A stretch of DNA of 64,000 nucleotides from an uncultured delta proteobacterium (GTDB lineage Bacteria; Myxococcota; Myxococcia; Myxococcales; Myxococcaceae). Where the stretch lies: NCBI GenBank assembly GCA_963771175.1, contig CAVYSY010000033.1, positions 224,001 through 288,000 of the forward strand. Reading direction: 5' to 3'. Shown in pieces: positions 10,104-19,094 of this stretch (within the stretch, counting starts at the first letter, position 1; each line of letters opens with the position of its first letter). Under the pieces are notes generated by a model. It was not told where the DNA came from. It saw only the letters and a list, made by a program, of their open reading frames with translations, and searched no databases. Both the position numbers and the translations under genes were made by a program.

Positions 10104-10502
10104 CTAATCACAGACAGCCGTGCCGAGCGCGGAGTCCACGAGACAGCCCGTGCGGCCCAGCGCCACGCAGTCCACGGCCCGCACCCAGCCGAGGACCTCG
10201 TCGCAGTAGACGCGCCGGGTGCCCTCGCAGCGGTCGACGAAGGAGGCATCGCAGCGGGTGGCCGGCGCATACACGCACTGCACGGAGTCCTCACCGAGCT
10301 GCATGCAGGCGGAGTTGGGCGCCTTGCAGTCGAGGAGGGAGCGGTGGGCCTCCCAGTCCGAGCCGACGTTGCACAACTCGTACTGGCCCTCGCCCACGCA
10401 GCGGGAGCGGGTCTCGCAGGCATCCGTGACGCAGCCCGAGCCCACGAAGGTCACCAGGGGCAAGAGCCAGAGCAGTCGGAGAGAAGAGACGACGGGCATC
10501 AT
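10104..10502 (-). CDS. Cys-rich putative lipoprotein
   Basis: Hydrophobic signal ending VGSGC, many Cys; start uncertain (10502-10532). Confidence 0.6.
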   Translation of the reverse strand: MMPVVSSLRLLWLLPLVTFVGSGCVTDACETRSRCVGEGQYELCNVGSDWEAHRSLLDCKAPNSACMQLGEDSVQCVYAPATRCDASFVDRCEGTRRVYCDEVLGWVRAVDCVALGRTGCLVDSALGTAVCD

Positions 10503-10522
10503 GGTGGGCTCTCCAGGTGGAT

Positions 10523-10933
10523 TCAGAGGCACTGCACGGGCCTGTCGGGAGTGCGACGTCCGCAGCGACCGGTGCCGGGCTGGTTGGTGCAGTCCTCGGC
10601 GGAGACATAGCCGCCCATGCAGGAGACGAGCACGGTGCCCTCGCAGGACGTAACGAAGGACTCGTCACAGGCCGTGAGCGGCGAGCGGGCGCAGAAGAAC
10701 CTGGTCCCATCCGGGCTGCTTCGGGGGGTGCGGCGCTCCACGCAGAGCGGCGCGGGCTCCAGGCAGGGGTACACCACGGGGGAGCCGGAGCCCACGAGCT
10801 GATCGACCCCGATAGAGCACTCCATGACGACGTTGCCCTCGCAGTGGGGCTCGAAGTCGCACCCCACCCGGCAGGCCCAGAGGCCCGGGGCGGAGAAGAC
10901 AAGGGAGAGGAGGAGGAGGACGCGGGTTCGCAT
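10523..10933 (-). CDS. Cys-rich secreted protein, paralog-like to its neighbour
   Basis: Signal MRTRVLLLLSLV; CDESFVTSCEG matches neighbour CDASFVDRCEG. Confidence 0.6.
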   Translation of the reverse strand: MRTRVLLLLSLVFSAPGLWACRVGCDFEPHCEGNVVMECSIGVDQLVGSGSPVVYPCLEPAPLCVERRTPRSSPDGTRFFCARSPLTACDESFVTSCEGTVLVSCMGGYVSAEDCTNQPGTGRCGRRTPDRPVQCL

Positions 10934-11005
10934 GGGCCAGCACATGCTGGAGCGCGGAGAAACCCGAAGCAAGCGCCCTCCGTCGCGAACGCGCGGAGGC
11001 GGCGC

Positions 11006-13141
11006 TCACGTCTCGGAGCACAGGAGGGCTGGCAGCCCGACGGACTGCTCGTAGATGTGCTCGAGGAACTCGGGAACCAGCGAGGCGGCGATGATCCACA
11101 GGCAGGGCCGCGCCGATGGGTCATCGTGCAGGCGCGCCTCCTTCGCGTAGGCGCCGTCGTCCTCGCACAGGTAGACGAAGGAGGTGCGTCCCCGGAGCGA
11201 GTACCAGCGGCGCGCCTCGTCCAGCAGCGCCACGTAGGCGGTGCGCGCCTCCCGCGATAGCGGGAACAAGCGAGCGGCATCGAGCAGGCCGGAGAGGTTC
11301 GTTCCGGGATGCCCCAGCTCGAGCACCATCGCGGCGAGCGGGACACCGTCGCGGCGCGCCACGAAGATCCGCCGCTCACGCTCCAGCCCCACGCTCCGCC
11401 AGGCCCGGGACACACCCCACAGCTCCAGGCCGTCACGCGTGAAGTCCAGCGCCTCGACGTAGCAGGCGGGCCGGGTGCGGGCGAGCTCGCCGGCCAGCAG
11501 GAACTTCTCTCCAATCGTGGCGGGTCCGATCTCCAGCTCCCCCATGGGCTGACCGCTCGGCGCGTCGCACTGCGCCTCCATCACCCGGAGCGGCAGCACC
11601 AGCGACTGCTCACGCTCCTGCATCCGCTGGGCGAACCGCACGTGCGTCCGGTACATCCAGGGGAGGGTCGACTCGGCGTAGCAGAACATCCACCGGAACT
11701 CCGGGTCCCCCTGCGCGTGCTCCACCGTGCGCAGGTAGGTGTCGCGCAGAATCTGTCCCGGCACATGCGGCGTGTCGACCGGCCTCCCGGGCCTCCGCCC
11801 GAGCTGGTGCAGCAGCCAGGAGTGGCTGTAGGGCTTCACCGCGGAGAGCGACGCCTCCACGCCCCGCTCCGAAGGCCACACCGTCTGGCAGAAGAACTGG
11901 GGCAATTGCGCCGCCTGCGTCCCGAGGTCCATGAAGCTCCTGCGGAGCGCCTCGACGCGCTCGATCGACCCGACGAACGGGTTGAAATAGCCCGAGGCGA
12001 CGTACAGGTCCCAGAGCGGTTCGAGCAGCTCCTCACTGGTGCGAGTGGTGGGGCAGAGCGACTGGGAGACGAGGCGCGTCCACAGCACCGCGTCCCGCTC
12101 CGTGCGCGGCCGCACCTCCAGGCCAAACACCCGCCGCCCATCGATGCTCGCCAGGGATACGTGGCGCACCTCGCCACTCAGATAGAGGCACTCGCCACCG
12201 GCCAGCTCCAGCTCGAGCGGCAGGAAGAGCCCCGGGAAGATCAGGTCATCGGGCTCGCCACACAGCCCCAGCCCGGAGAAGGAGAGGTCGACGACCTCGC
12301 GCTCCCGCCGTCCCAGCTCCTTCCACAGCGGATGGTCGAAGCGGGCCCGCAGCCCCGGGGGCGCCGGCACGCGGCGGTGCCAGCGGTGGCGCACCTTCCA
12401 CAACCGCTCGGGCAGGGGCGTCACCAGCCACTCCCCTTGCGCGACGGGCCCCGTCAGGCGCATCCGGTAGGCCGAGTTGTAGCCGATCACCTCGATGTCA
12501 TAGGGCGGGTCACCCCACTCCACGCCCGGCTCGGCGCAGTGCCAGTGCAGCAGACTCCGACTGGCGTCCAGGCGCGCCAGCATCACCCGCACCGTCCGGC
12601 CCGGCTGACGCAGCACGCCCTTGTTGTTCATGGCGGAGATGGCCGTGAGGATGGATTCGATGCGCTCGCTCCCGGAGATCTCCTCCTGCACCGGCAGGGG
12701 TGAGGCCTCGGGCTCGGCACCGCCGCGGAGGAGCGCGTCGTCCAGCACCGTGAGGATCTGCCGTCCCTGCTCCGGAGAGACCCCGACGAGCTGGAATCCC
12801 AGGGCGGTGCCCCGCGCCCCGGCGTCGCTCCACCGCAGCTCGCTCGTCAGGGGGCCGATGCTCGTGCCTCCTGCGTCAAGGCACACCCGCAGCGTCCGCT
12901 CACGTGACAGCAGCTCCGCCGCCCCGCCGCTCCCGGCCAGCGTCCAGACCGAAGTGGGACTCAGCCGCGTCGCGCGGCCCAGCACGACCCCGTGCTCGGG
13001 CACGGCGAGCTGGATGCCACTCGGACCATGGAGCGAATACCCCGAATAGGGGCTGGTGACCGACCCCGCTGGAAGACCTGTCAGCGGCTCCGTGACTCCT
13101 TGCATGGCGATTCCCCCTGCGAGGCTCTCAAACCCTTGCAT
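11006..13141 (-). CDS. PilZ-domain protein with large C-terminal domain (possibly acyltransferase-like)
   Basis: RWHRR (RxxxR) and VVDLSFSGLG (DxSxxG) c-di-GMP motifs; C-terminal fold is inferred. Confidence 0.7.
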   Translation of the reverse strand: MQGFESLAGGIAMQGVTEPLTGLPAGSVTSPYSGYSLHGPSGIQLAVPEHGVVLGRATRLSPTSVWTLAGSGGAAELLSRERTLRVCLDAGGTSIGPLTSELRWSDAGARGTALGFQLVGVSPEQGRQILTVLDDALLRGGAEPEASPLPVQEEISGSERIESILTAISAMNNKGVLRQPGRTVRVMLARLDASRSLLHWHCAEPGVEWGDPPYDIEVIGYNSAYRMRLTGPVAQGEWLVTPLPERLWKVRHRWHRRVPAPPGLRARFDHPLWKELGRREREVVDLSFSGLGLCGEPDDLIFPGLFLPLELELAGGECLYLSGEVRHVSLASIDGRRVFGLEVRPRTERDAVLWTRLVSQSLCPTTRTSEELLEPLWDLYVASGYFNPFVGSIERVEALRRSFMDLGTQAAQLPQFFCQTVWPSERGVEASLSAVKPYSHSWLLHQLGRRPGRPVDTPHVPGQILRDTYLRTVEHAQGDPEFRWMFCYAESTLPWMYRTHVRFAQRMQEREQSLVLPLRVMEAQCDAPSGQPMGELEIGPATIGEKFLLAGELARTRPACYVEALDFTRDGLELWGVSRAWRSVGLERERRIFVARRDGVPLAAMVLELGHPGTNLSGLLDAARLFPLSREARTAYVALLDEARRWYSLRGRTSFVYLCEDDGAYAKEARLHDDPSARPCLWIIAASLVPEFLEHIYEQSVGLPALLCSET

Positions 13142-13280
13142 TCAAGAGGAAACATGCTCAGCGAATCCTCGTCAAGGACTCACGTGACAGCCATTGAATT
13201 CCCCACCGGAGCACCCATGCCATGGAAAAGCTGCACCGGGGACATGCCAGGAATTGAAGGGCTCACGGGGCTTCCCGTGC

Positions 13281-15376
13281 TCACGCTCCGGCGAGCAGGG
13301 GCGAACGGACTCCGGATGAGACAACCCAGAGCTGGTGGGAGGTCCGGGTGATGGCGATGTGCAGCCGGCGACGCGCCTCGTCATTCGCCGGGTAGGCCCG
13401 CGCCGTCGCGTCCGGGATGACGACGTAGTCGAACTCCAGTCCCTTCACGTTGTCCACGTCCGTCACGTCCACGCCCGGCTCGAACGCGAACTCCCCCTCC
13501 AGCACGAGCCGCGCCCAGGACATGTCCGCGACGACCCGGTGGAAGGCCCGGGCCTGCTCGGGACCGCTGGCGATGACGGCGACGGAGGCGTGAGGCTCCC
13601 GCTCGAGCAGGTCGCGCAGGGCCTCGCCGATGAACAGGTGGGCCTGGGCCTCGTCCGGAAAGTGGTGCAGCCCCACGGGCGCCCCCTCCCGGCCCGCCTG
13701 GGGCGCCGCGGTGGAAACCTGGGTCCCCAGCACCTTGCGCGCGAGCTCCGTCACCGGCCTCGGGCACCGGTAGGACACCTGGAGCCGGCAGGTGGCCGCG
13801 TCGCGGATACCGAGCTCCGCGAGCACCGCGGGCCAACCCGAGAAGCTCGTCGTGGTCTGCTGCATCTCGTCGCCCGCGATCGTGCAGCTCCGCGCCTCGC
13901 CGAGCAGCCTGCCCACCACGAACAGCTCGAAGAGGGAGAAGTCCTCGGCCTCGTCCAGCACGACGTGCACCAACCGTCCCACGGCGCCCAGGTTCCCCCC
14001 TGGGACCGGAGGAACAGCAGGAGCGGGAGGTCCTCGAGGTCCAGGGTGCCGGCCAGCTCGTCGGGCGTGTCGCTCTCCAGGGACTTCCCATCGAGCGTCT
14101 GGAGCCGGTCGGGGTCCACCCCGTCGAGCTCGCGCGCGAGCGGCGTGGCGATCTGCAGCATCGTATGCCGCACCGTCTCGTCGACCGCCGTGAGCGGCAG
14201 GTCCCCTTGCGAGTAGGAGACGACGCTCTCCAGGAAGCGCCGGTCGGTGAAGATCTCCGCGAGCCGCTTGCGCAGGCGCGGCAGGGTCGTCGCGGATGAG
14301 GGAAGCACCCCCACCCGGGCCGCGAGCGCCCGGCGCAGGGCCGGGTGACGCTTGAGCTTCGAGACGAGGGGCGGCGTGTCCTCCCACAGCTTGATGCCCT
14401 TGGCGCCGAACGCGACGCGCGCGGTCGTGGACGCCCACGCATCGAGCGTCTCCACGGACACCTTCCCCAGGCCGAGCGGCGCGAGCAGCCGCCGGGAGAG
14501 CCTCGCCAGCCCCTCCTCGGGGACGATGACCTTCATCCTGGACTCGGGGTAGCGGGCGTGGTCGTCGAAGGCGATCTTCGCGAGCCGGTGGAGGGCCACC
14601 GTCGTCTTCCCGCTGCCCGCGCTCCCCAGCACGAGCAGCGGCTGGTCCGCGTTCGCGCTGACGGCCTCGAACTGCTCGGCGTCCAGCAGCGCGGTCACGT
14701 CGAGCGCCCCCTCGCGCCGGGAAGCCCCCTCCCCCACTCCGAGCTGGCCCGGGCGCACCGCCGTCCCCGTTCCGCCGGCGAGCCGACCGGGGCCCACGCT
14801 CCGCCAGGCGCCCTCGGGAGTGCGCGTGAGGAGGAGCGGGCCAGCCTGGATGCGGACCAACACCCCGCGCTCGATGACGACCAACCGCCGCACCTCGACG
14901 GTGCCCTCGGACAGCCGCTCACCGAACCACTCCTCGTACGCGTCTCCCTCCCCGTAGCGGTAGAAGACGCGAGCCACCGGGGCGAAACGCCAGTCGATGA
15001 CACGGACATCGGCGGAAGCATCCGCGAAGCTGGTCCGGCCCAGCAGGTAGTCCCGGATGCCGGCGGGCCCGTTCAGGCGCAGGTGCGCGAAATACGGGGC
15101 ACTGGCCTCCGGGAGCGTGGTCGTCTCCTGTCGCTCCAAGAGGGCCCGTGCCTGGTTCATCTGGTGGAGCAGGTGGGGCAGGTCGGCCACGGGCGCGGTC
15201 GCCGCCTCATCCCGCAGCACCTGCAACTGGGCGACGAGCCCCTGCGACTCCTGGGTGCGATTGGCGCCCCGGCGTCGCGCGGCCTCCAGCGAGGCGTGGA
15301 CGCGGTCGAGGAGCGCCTCCTCCTCCGCGATGATGGCCCTCGCCTCCGCGGGGAGTTCTCCAACGGGGTTGCTCAT
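13281..15376 (-). CDS. UvrD/HelD-like SF1 helicase/ATPase, frameshifted near 14000
   Basis: PYFAHL, IDWRFAPVA, GSAGSGKTTVALHR in one frame; VVLDEAED, GDEMQ, SYRC, KGLEFD, AITR in another; the switch falls in a C/G run. Confidence 0.85.
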
Positions 15377-15571
15377 GACGGGCTCAGCCTCTCCTCCGGA
15401 CTCGGAGTGGAATGCAGGAGTCCCTGACGTACACGGGGACGACGCATCCCGTGAAGATAAAGAGGCAGCCGACTCCGCGCTGGCTGCCCCGACGTATTTC
15501 AGCGGACGTCCGTTGCCGGACGGAAGCCGCGGGCCTCGGTGGAGTAGTATCCCGCGCCGGGAGTTCACTGC

Positions 15572-17242
15572 ATGAAGAAGGCGTTTTCACTCGGGTTGCT
15601 GCTCACCCTCCTGCCCCTCGAGGCCGGGGCGCAGACAGGCAAGTACCCGTCTACCGGGAGTTGTGACGGGCTGCCCCGCATCGACGTCTCGACCCCTCGG
15701 GGTGTCTGCGTCGGCGTGGTCGCCGATGGGTTCCGGTTTCCCCGCACGGTGACTCCTCTCGCGGATGGCAGCCTCATCGTGGTCGACATGGGCGGCTGGG
15801 TCCCCAAGCGAGGCTCGCTCTGGCGCCTGTCGCCGGATGCCTCCACCCATACCTATGTGAAGCGCAAGGTGCTCGAGCGCCTCGATCGTCCGCATGGCGC
15901 GGCCATCGGCCCGGATGGGTTGCTGTACATCGGGGAACTCTCCCGGGTGTTCCGCTTCAACCCCGATGCGGCCGATCCCTCCGCCACGGTGGAGACCGTC
16001 GTCGCGGATCTCCCCATGGATGGGCGCCATCCGCTGACGGCCATCGTCTTCGACAAGCAGGGCTACCTGTACGTCAATCGCGGCTCCGCCTCGGACAACT
16101 GCGAGACCACCAAGGGGTACCGCCCCGCCAACGGCCGCTTCTGCCCCGAGGCGGAGGGCCACTCCGCCCGAGGCGTCATCCGGCGCTACACCCTGACCGG
16201 CCCGAACCGCACGGCCACGAAGTGGAGCAACTACGCCGTCGGCCTGCGCAACTCGATGGCCATGGCCATCCATCCCGAGTCGGGGCTGTTCGTTCAGGGC
16301 GAGAACTCCCGAGACTCCATCAACAGGTTGAACAGGAGCCTCGACGATCGCACCCTGCCTCACGAGGAGCTCAACATCATCACCCCGTGGCAGGACTACG
16401 GGTGGCCCTATTGCTACGACGACAACAAGGCCAGCCCCGAGTTCAAGAGCTTCGACTGCTCGCGCATGCGCAAACCCGCGCTGCGGCTTCCCGCCCACGT
16501 CGCGCCGCTGGGCATGGCGTACTACACCGGCGGCATGTTCCCGGACTGGTACAAGGGGAAGCTGCTCATGACCTGGCACGGGTATCGGGACTTCGGCCAG
16601 AAGCTCGTCGCCATTCCCACCGATGCCGTCGGCAAGCCCGTGGGCGAGCCCCTGGAGGTCATCAACGGCTGGTACAGGAAGGGCTCCCAGCCCATCGGCG
16701 CGCCCGTGGGTGTGAGCGTGGGCAAGGACGGCTCCATCTTCCTCGCCGAGGACAAGAACGGCACCGTGCTGCGCGTGTTCTTCGATCCCTCCAAGGGTAA
16801 CGGCATCCCCACCCCGGGCCTGACCGTCAATCCTGGCAACGACCCTGGCCAGGAGGCGCGCTGCCAGGAGCTCGCCACGCGTGATGACTCGTTCTCCCGG
16901 ATTCAACGCGACATCATCGACCCGCTCTGCACGAGCTGCCACGGCGCCGCGGGTGGCAACGCCGGCAGCCTTCGCCTCGCGCGCTGTGATGACATCGGCA
17001 ACGCGCAGCGGCTGCTGGCCCCCCGCGCCGGGCGCTCGCCCTTCGTCGTCCCCGGGAGCCTCAAGAGCGAGCTCTACCTGCGCATCGAGGGGACGACGCC
17101 AGGACTGCCTCCCATGCCCGCCGGTGGGTTGAGCCCCGAGCAGCTAGGCGAGGTGGCGGGATGGATCAACGAGGGCGCGCCCGTGCCCGTTGCCCGGACG
17201 CCCGGAGCGAACATGCCAGTGGCCACCGACAGCACTCCGTGA
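15572..17242 (+). CDS. Secreted PQQ-dependent sugar (glucose/sorbosone) dehydrogenase fused to cytochrome c
   Basis: Signal peptide; GLRN, HEELN, DYGWPYCY, AHVAPLGM; C-terminal CTSCH and MP...WINEGA. Confidence 0.85.
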   Translation: MKKAFSLGLLLTLLPLEAGAQTGKYPSTGSCDGLPRIDVSTPRGVCVGVVADGFRFPRTVTPLADGSLIVVDMGGWVPKRGSLWRLSPDASTHTYVKRKVLERLDRPHGAAIGPDGLLYIGELSRVFRFNPDAADPSATVETVVADLPMDGRHPLTAIVFDKQGYLYVNRGSASDNCETTKGYRPANGRFCPEAEGHSARGVIRRYTLTGPNRTATKWSNYAVGLRNSMAMAIHPESGLFVQGENSRDSINRLNRSLDDRTLPHEELNIITPWQDYGWPYCYDDNKASPEFKSFDCSRMRKPALRLPAHVAPLGMAYYTGGMFPDWYKGKLLMTWHGYRDFGQKLVAIPTDAVGKPVGEPLEVINGWYRKGSQPIGAPVGVSVGKDGSIFLAEDKNGTVLRVFFDPSKGNGIPTPGLTVNPGNDPGQEARCQELATRDDSFSRIQRDIIDPLCTSCHGAAGGNAGSLRLARCDDIGNAQRLLAPRAGRSPFVVPGSLKSELYLRIEGTTPGLPPMPAGGLSPEQLGEVAGWINEGAPVPVARTPGANMPVATDSTP

Positions 17243-17265
17243 GGGCCCACTGTCACCGGGTAGTC

Positions 17266-17757
17266 TCAACGCGGCCACCTCCACGGGTACACCGGATACG
17301 CGCCGGGCTGACAGTCCGAGAGCAGGCCGTAGGCCAGGCTCGGGCTGCAGAGTTGGAGGATGTCCCGCGTGTCCAGGAAGGTCTCGTCGTGCGCGTGCTG
17401 GTAGCAGGAAACCGGCGCGGTCGACATCGCGCAGCGGCAGAGGTCGATGGCCTCCTCGGTGGACAGGAACGTGCCGGGGAGCTGACTGGCCGCGTAGCAC
17501 TCGGCGGGGGCCGTGGATATCGCGCCCTGGCAGAGCCATAACGCCTGGTCCGAGGTGAGCGACACCTCGCGCTCCGCCTGCTGGTAGCAGGCCAGCGCCC
17601 CCTGGCCCCCCTGCTGGGCCACCGCGCTCGACGCCCCCAACAGCACGCCCGCCATCACGAGCACCGCGCCGCCCTGCCTCCTGGCCCTGACGCCTCCGCC
17701 GTGTGTCCCCCACATGCCGTGTTCCTCTCGCCCCGTCTCACTCAATATGGAGCGCAC
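17266..17757 (-). CDS. Secreted protein with three tandem CY...LC repeats
   Basis: Repeats ACY..ALWLC, ECY..AIDLC, SCY..ILQLC; true start probably downstream of 17757. Confidence 0.6.
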   Translation of the reverse strand: MRSILSETGREEHGMWGTHGGGVRARRQGGAVLVMAGVLLGASSAVAQQGGQGALACYQQAEREVSLTSDQALWLCQGAISTAPAECYAASQLPGTFLSTEEAIDLCRCAMSTAPVSCYQHAHDETFLDTRDILQLCSPSLAYGLLSDCQPGAYPVYPWRWPR

Positions 17758-17884
17758 CCGGGAGGGCGCAAGGCAATGGAACCAGGAGGGGCCCTACCTT
17801 CATTCTGGCGTCCGAGCGCCGCACGAGGTGGGATGGGCGAGCCGCAATCCTTCCGGGAATCGGGACCTGGTCCCAGGTGGTGCC

Positions 17885-18772
17885 ATGCGAACGCTGCTCT
17901 CCTCGATCCTCGCCCTCACGCTCATCACCTTGCCGTGCGGCTGCCGGCGACCGTCCGGGTCCGCCTCCGGAGCCGACGCGGGCACCCCGCGCGCCCCGGC
18001 GGCCCCCGAGGAGACCGTGACGGTGAAGGGCTCGGACACCATGGTCCTGCTGGGCCAGCGCTGGGCCGAGCGCTTCATGGAGCAGCACCCGAGCGCGAAG
18101 CTCCAGGTGACGGGCGGCGGCTCGGGCACGGGCATCGCGGCGCTCATCAACGGCACCACGGACATCGCCATGTCCAGCCGGCCCATCAAGGACGCCGAGA
18201 CCCAGCAGATGCGGCAGCGCAACCCCAACGGCCCGGTGGAAATCACCGTGGCCCGGGATGGCATCACCTTCTATGTCCACGAGACCAACCCGGTGGAGGT
18301 CCTCACCCTCGCGCAGCTCCAGGGCATCTACCTGGGGGACATCACCAACTGGAAGGACGTGGGCGGCAAGGACGCGCCCATCGTCGTCTACTCGCGGGAG
18401 AACTCCTCGGGCACCTACGTCTTCGTGAAGGACGAGGTGCTCGGAGGCGAGGACTTCACCGTGCGTGCCCAGACGCTGCCCGGGACGGCGGCGGTGGTGC
18501 ACGCGGTGGCCAAGGAGAAGAACGGCATCGGCTACGGCGGCGCCGCCTTCGCCAAGGGCATCCGGGAGCTGAAGGTGAAGAAGGACGCGCAATCGGAGGC
18601 CATTCCCCCCACGGAGGACAACATCCGGAGCGGCCGCTATCCGCTGGCGCGCAGCCTCTTCTTCTACCTGCCCCGGGAGGCCACCGGCGCCACCCAGGCC
18701 TTCATCGACTACGCTCTGTCGCCCGAGGGACAGAGGATCGTCACCGACGTGGGCTACTTCCCGGTGAAGTAG
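17885..18772 (+). CDS. pstS: Phosphate ABC transporter substrate-binding protein
   Basis: VKGSDT, VTGGGSGTG, DIAMSSR, SRENSSGT, YPLAR; lipoprotein-like signal. Confidence 0.9.
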   Translation: MRTLLSSILALTLITLPCGCRRPSGSASGADAGTPRAPAAPEETVTVKGSDTMVLLGQRWAERFMEQHPSAKLQVTGGGSGTGIAALINGTTDIAMSSRPIKDAETQQMRQRNPNGPVEITVARDGITFYVHETNPVEVLTLAQLQGIYLGDITNWKDVGGKDAPIVVYSRENSSGTYVFVKDEVLGGEDFTVRAQTLPGTAAVVHAVAKEKNGIGYGGAAFAKGIRELKVKKDAQSEAIPPTEDNIRSGRYPLARSLFFYLPREATGATQAFIDYALSPEGQRIVTDVGYFPVK

Positions 18773-18820
18773 TCTCCGAGCCGCTGGCACGGGCGGCCCG
18801 GGATTGCGTAGGCTGGATGC

Positions 18821-19093
18821 ATGATTCAGGGCTCGGGCCGCTGCCACTACCACCCGGAGCGCACCGGGCTCGGCATCTGCGTGGAGTGCCGCCGCGTCAT
18901 CTGCCGCGAGTGCACCACACAGTTCGAGGGCATCAACCGGTGCGCCAACTGCCTCGAGAAGCGTCTGAAGGCGCTCGAGGGGCCGTCGGAGCGCCGCGAA
19001 TGGAGCGTGGGTAACGTGCTGCTGGCCCTCATCGGTGCCGTCATGGTGTACGGCGGCGTCCTGCTGCTCGCCAGCATGGCATCGGAGCTCTGA
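18821..19093 (+). CDS. Small B-box-type Zn-finger membrane protein
   Basis: CxxH-x6-CxxC-x3-CxxC...CxxC followed by a C-terminal TM helix. Confidence 0.75.
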   Translation: MIQGSGRCHYHPERTGLGICVECRRVICRECTTQFEGINRCANCLEKRLKALEGPSERREWSVGNVLLALIGAVMVYGGVLLLASMASEL

Positions 19094-19094
19094 G

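Noticed and set aside
17800..17885. Pho box upstream of the orphan pstS
   Set aside because: No convincing CTGTCAT-like tandem repeat visible
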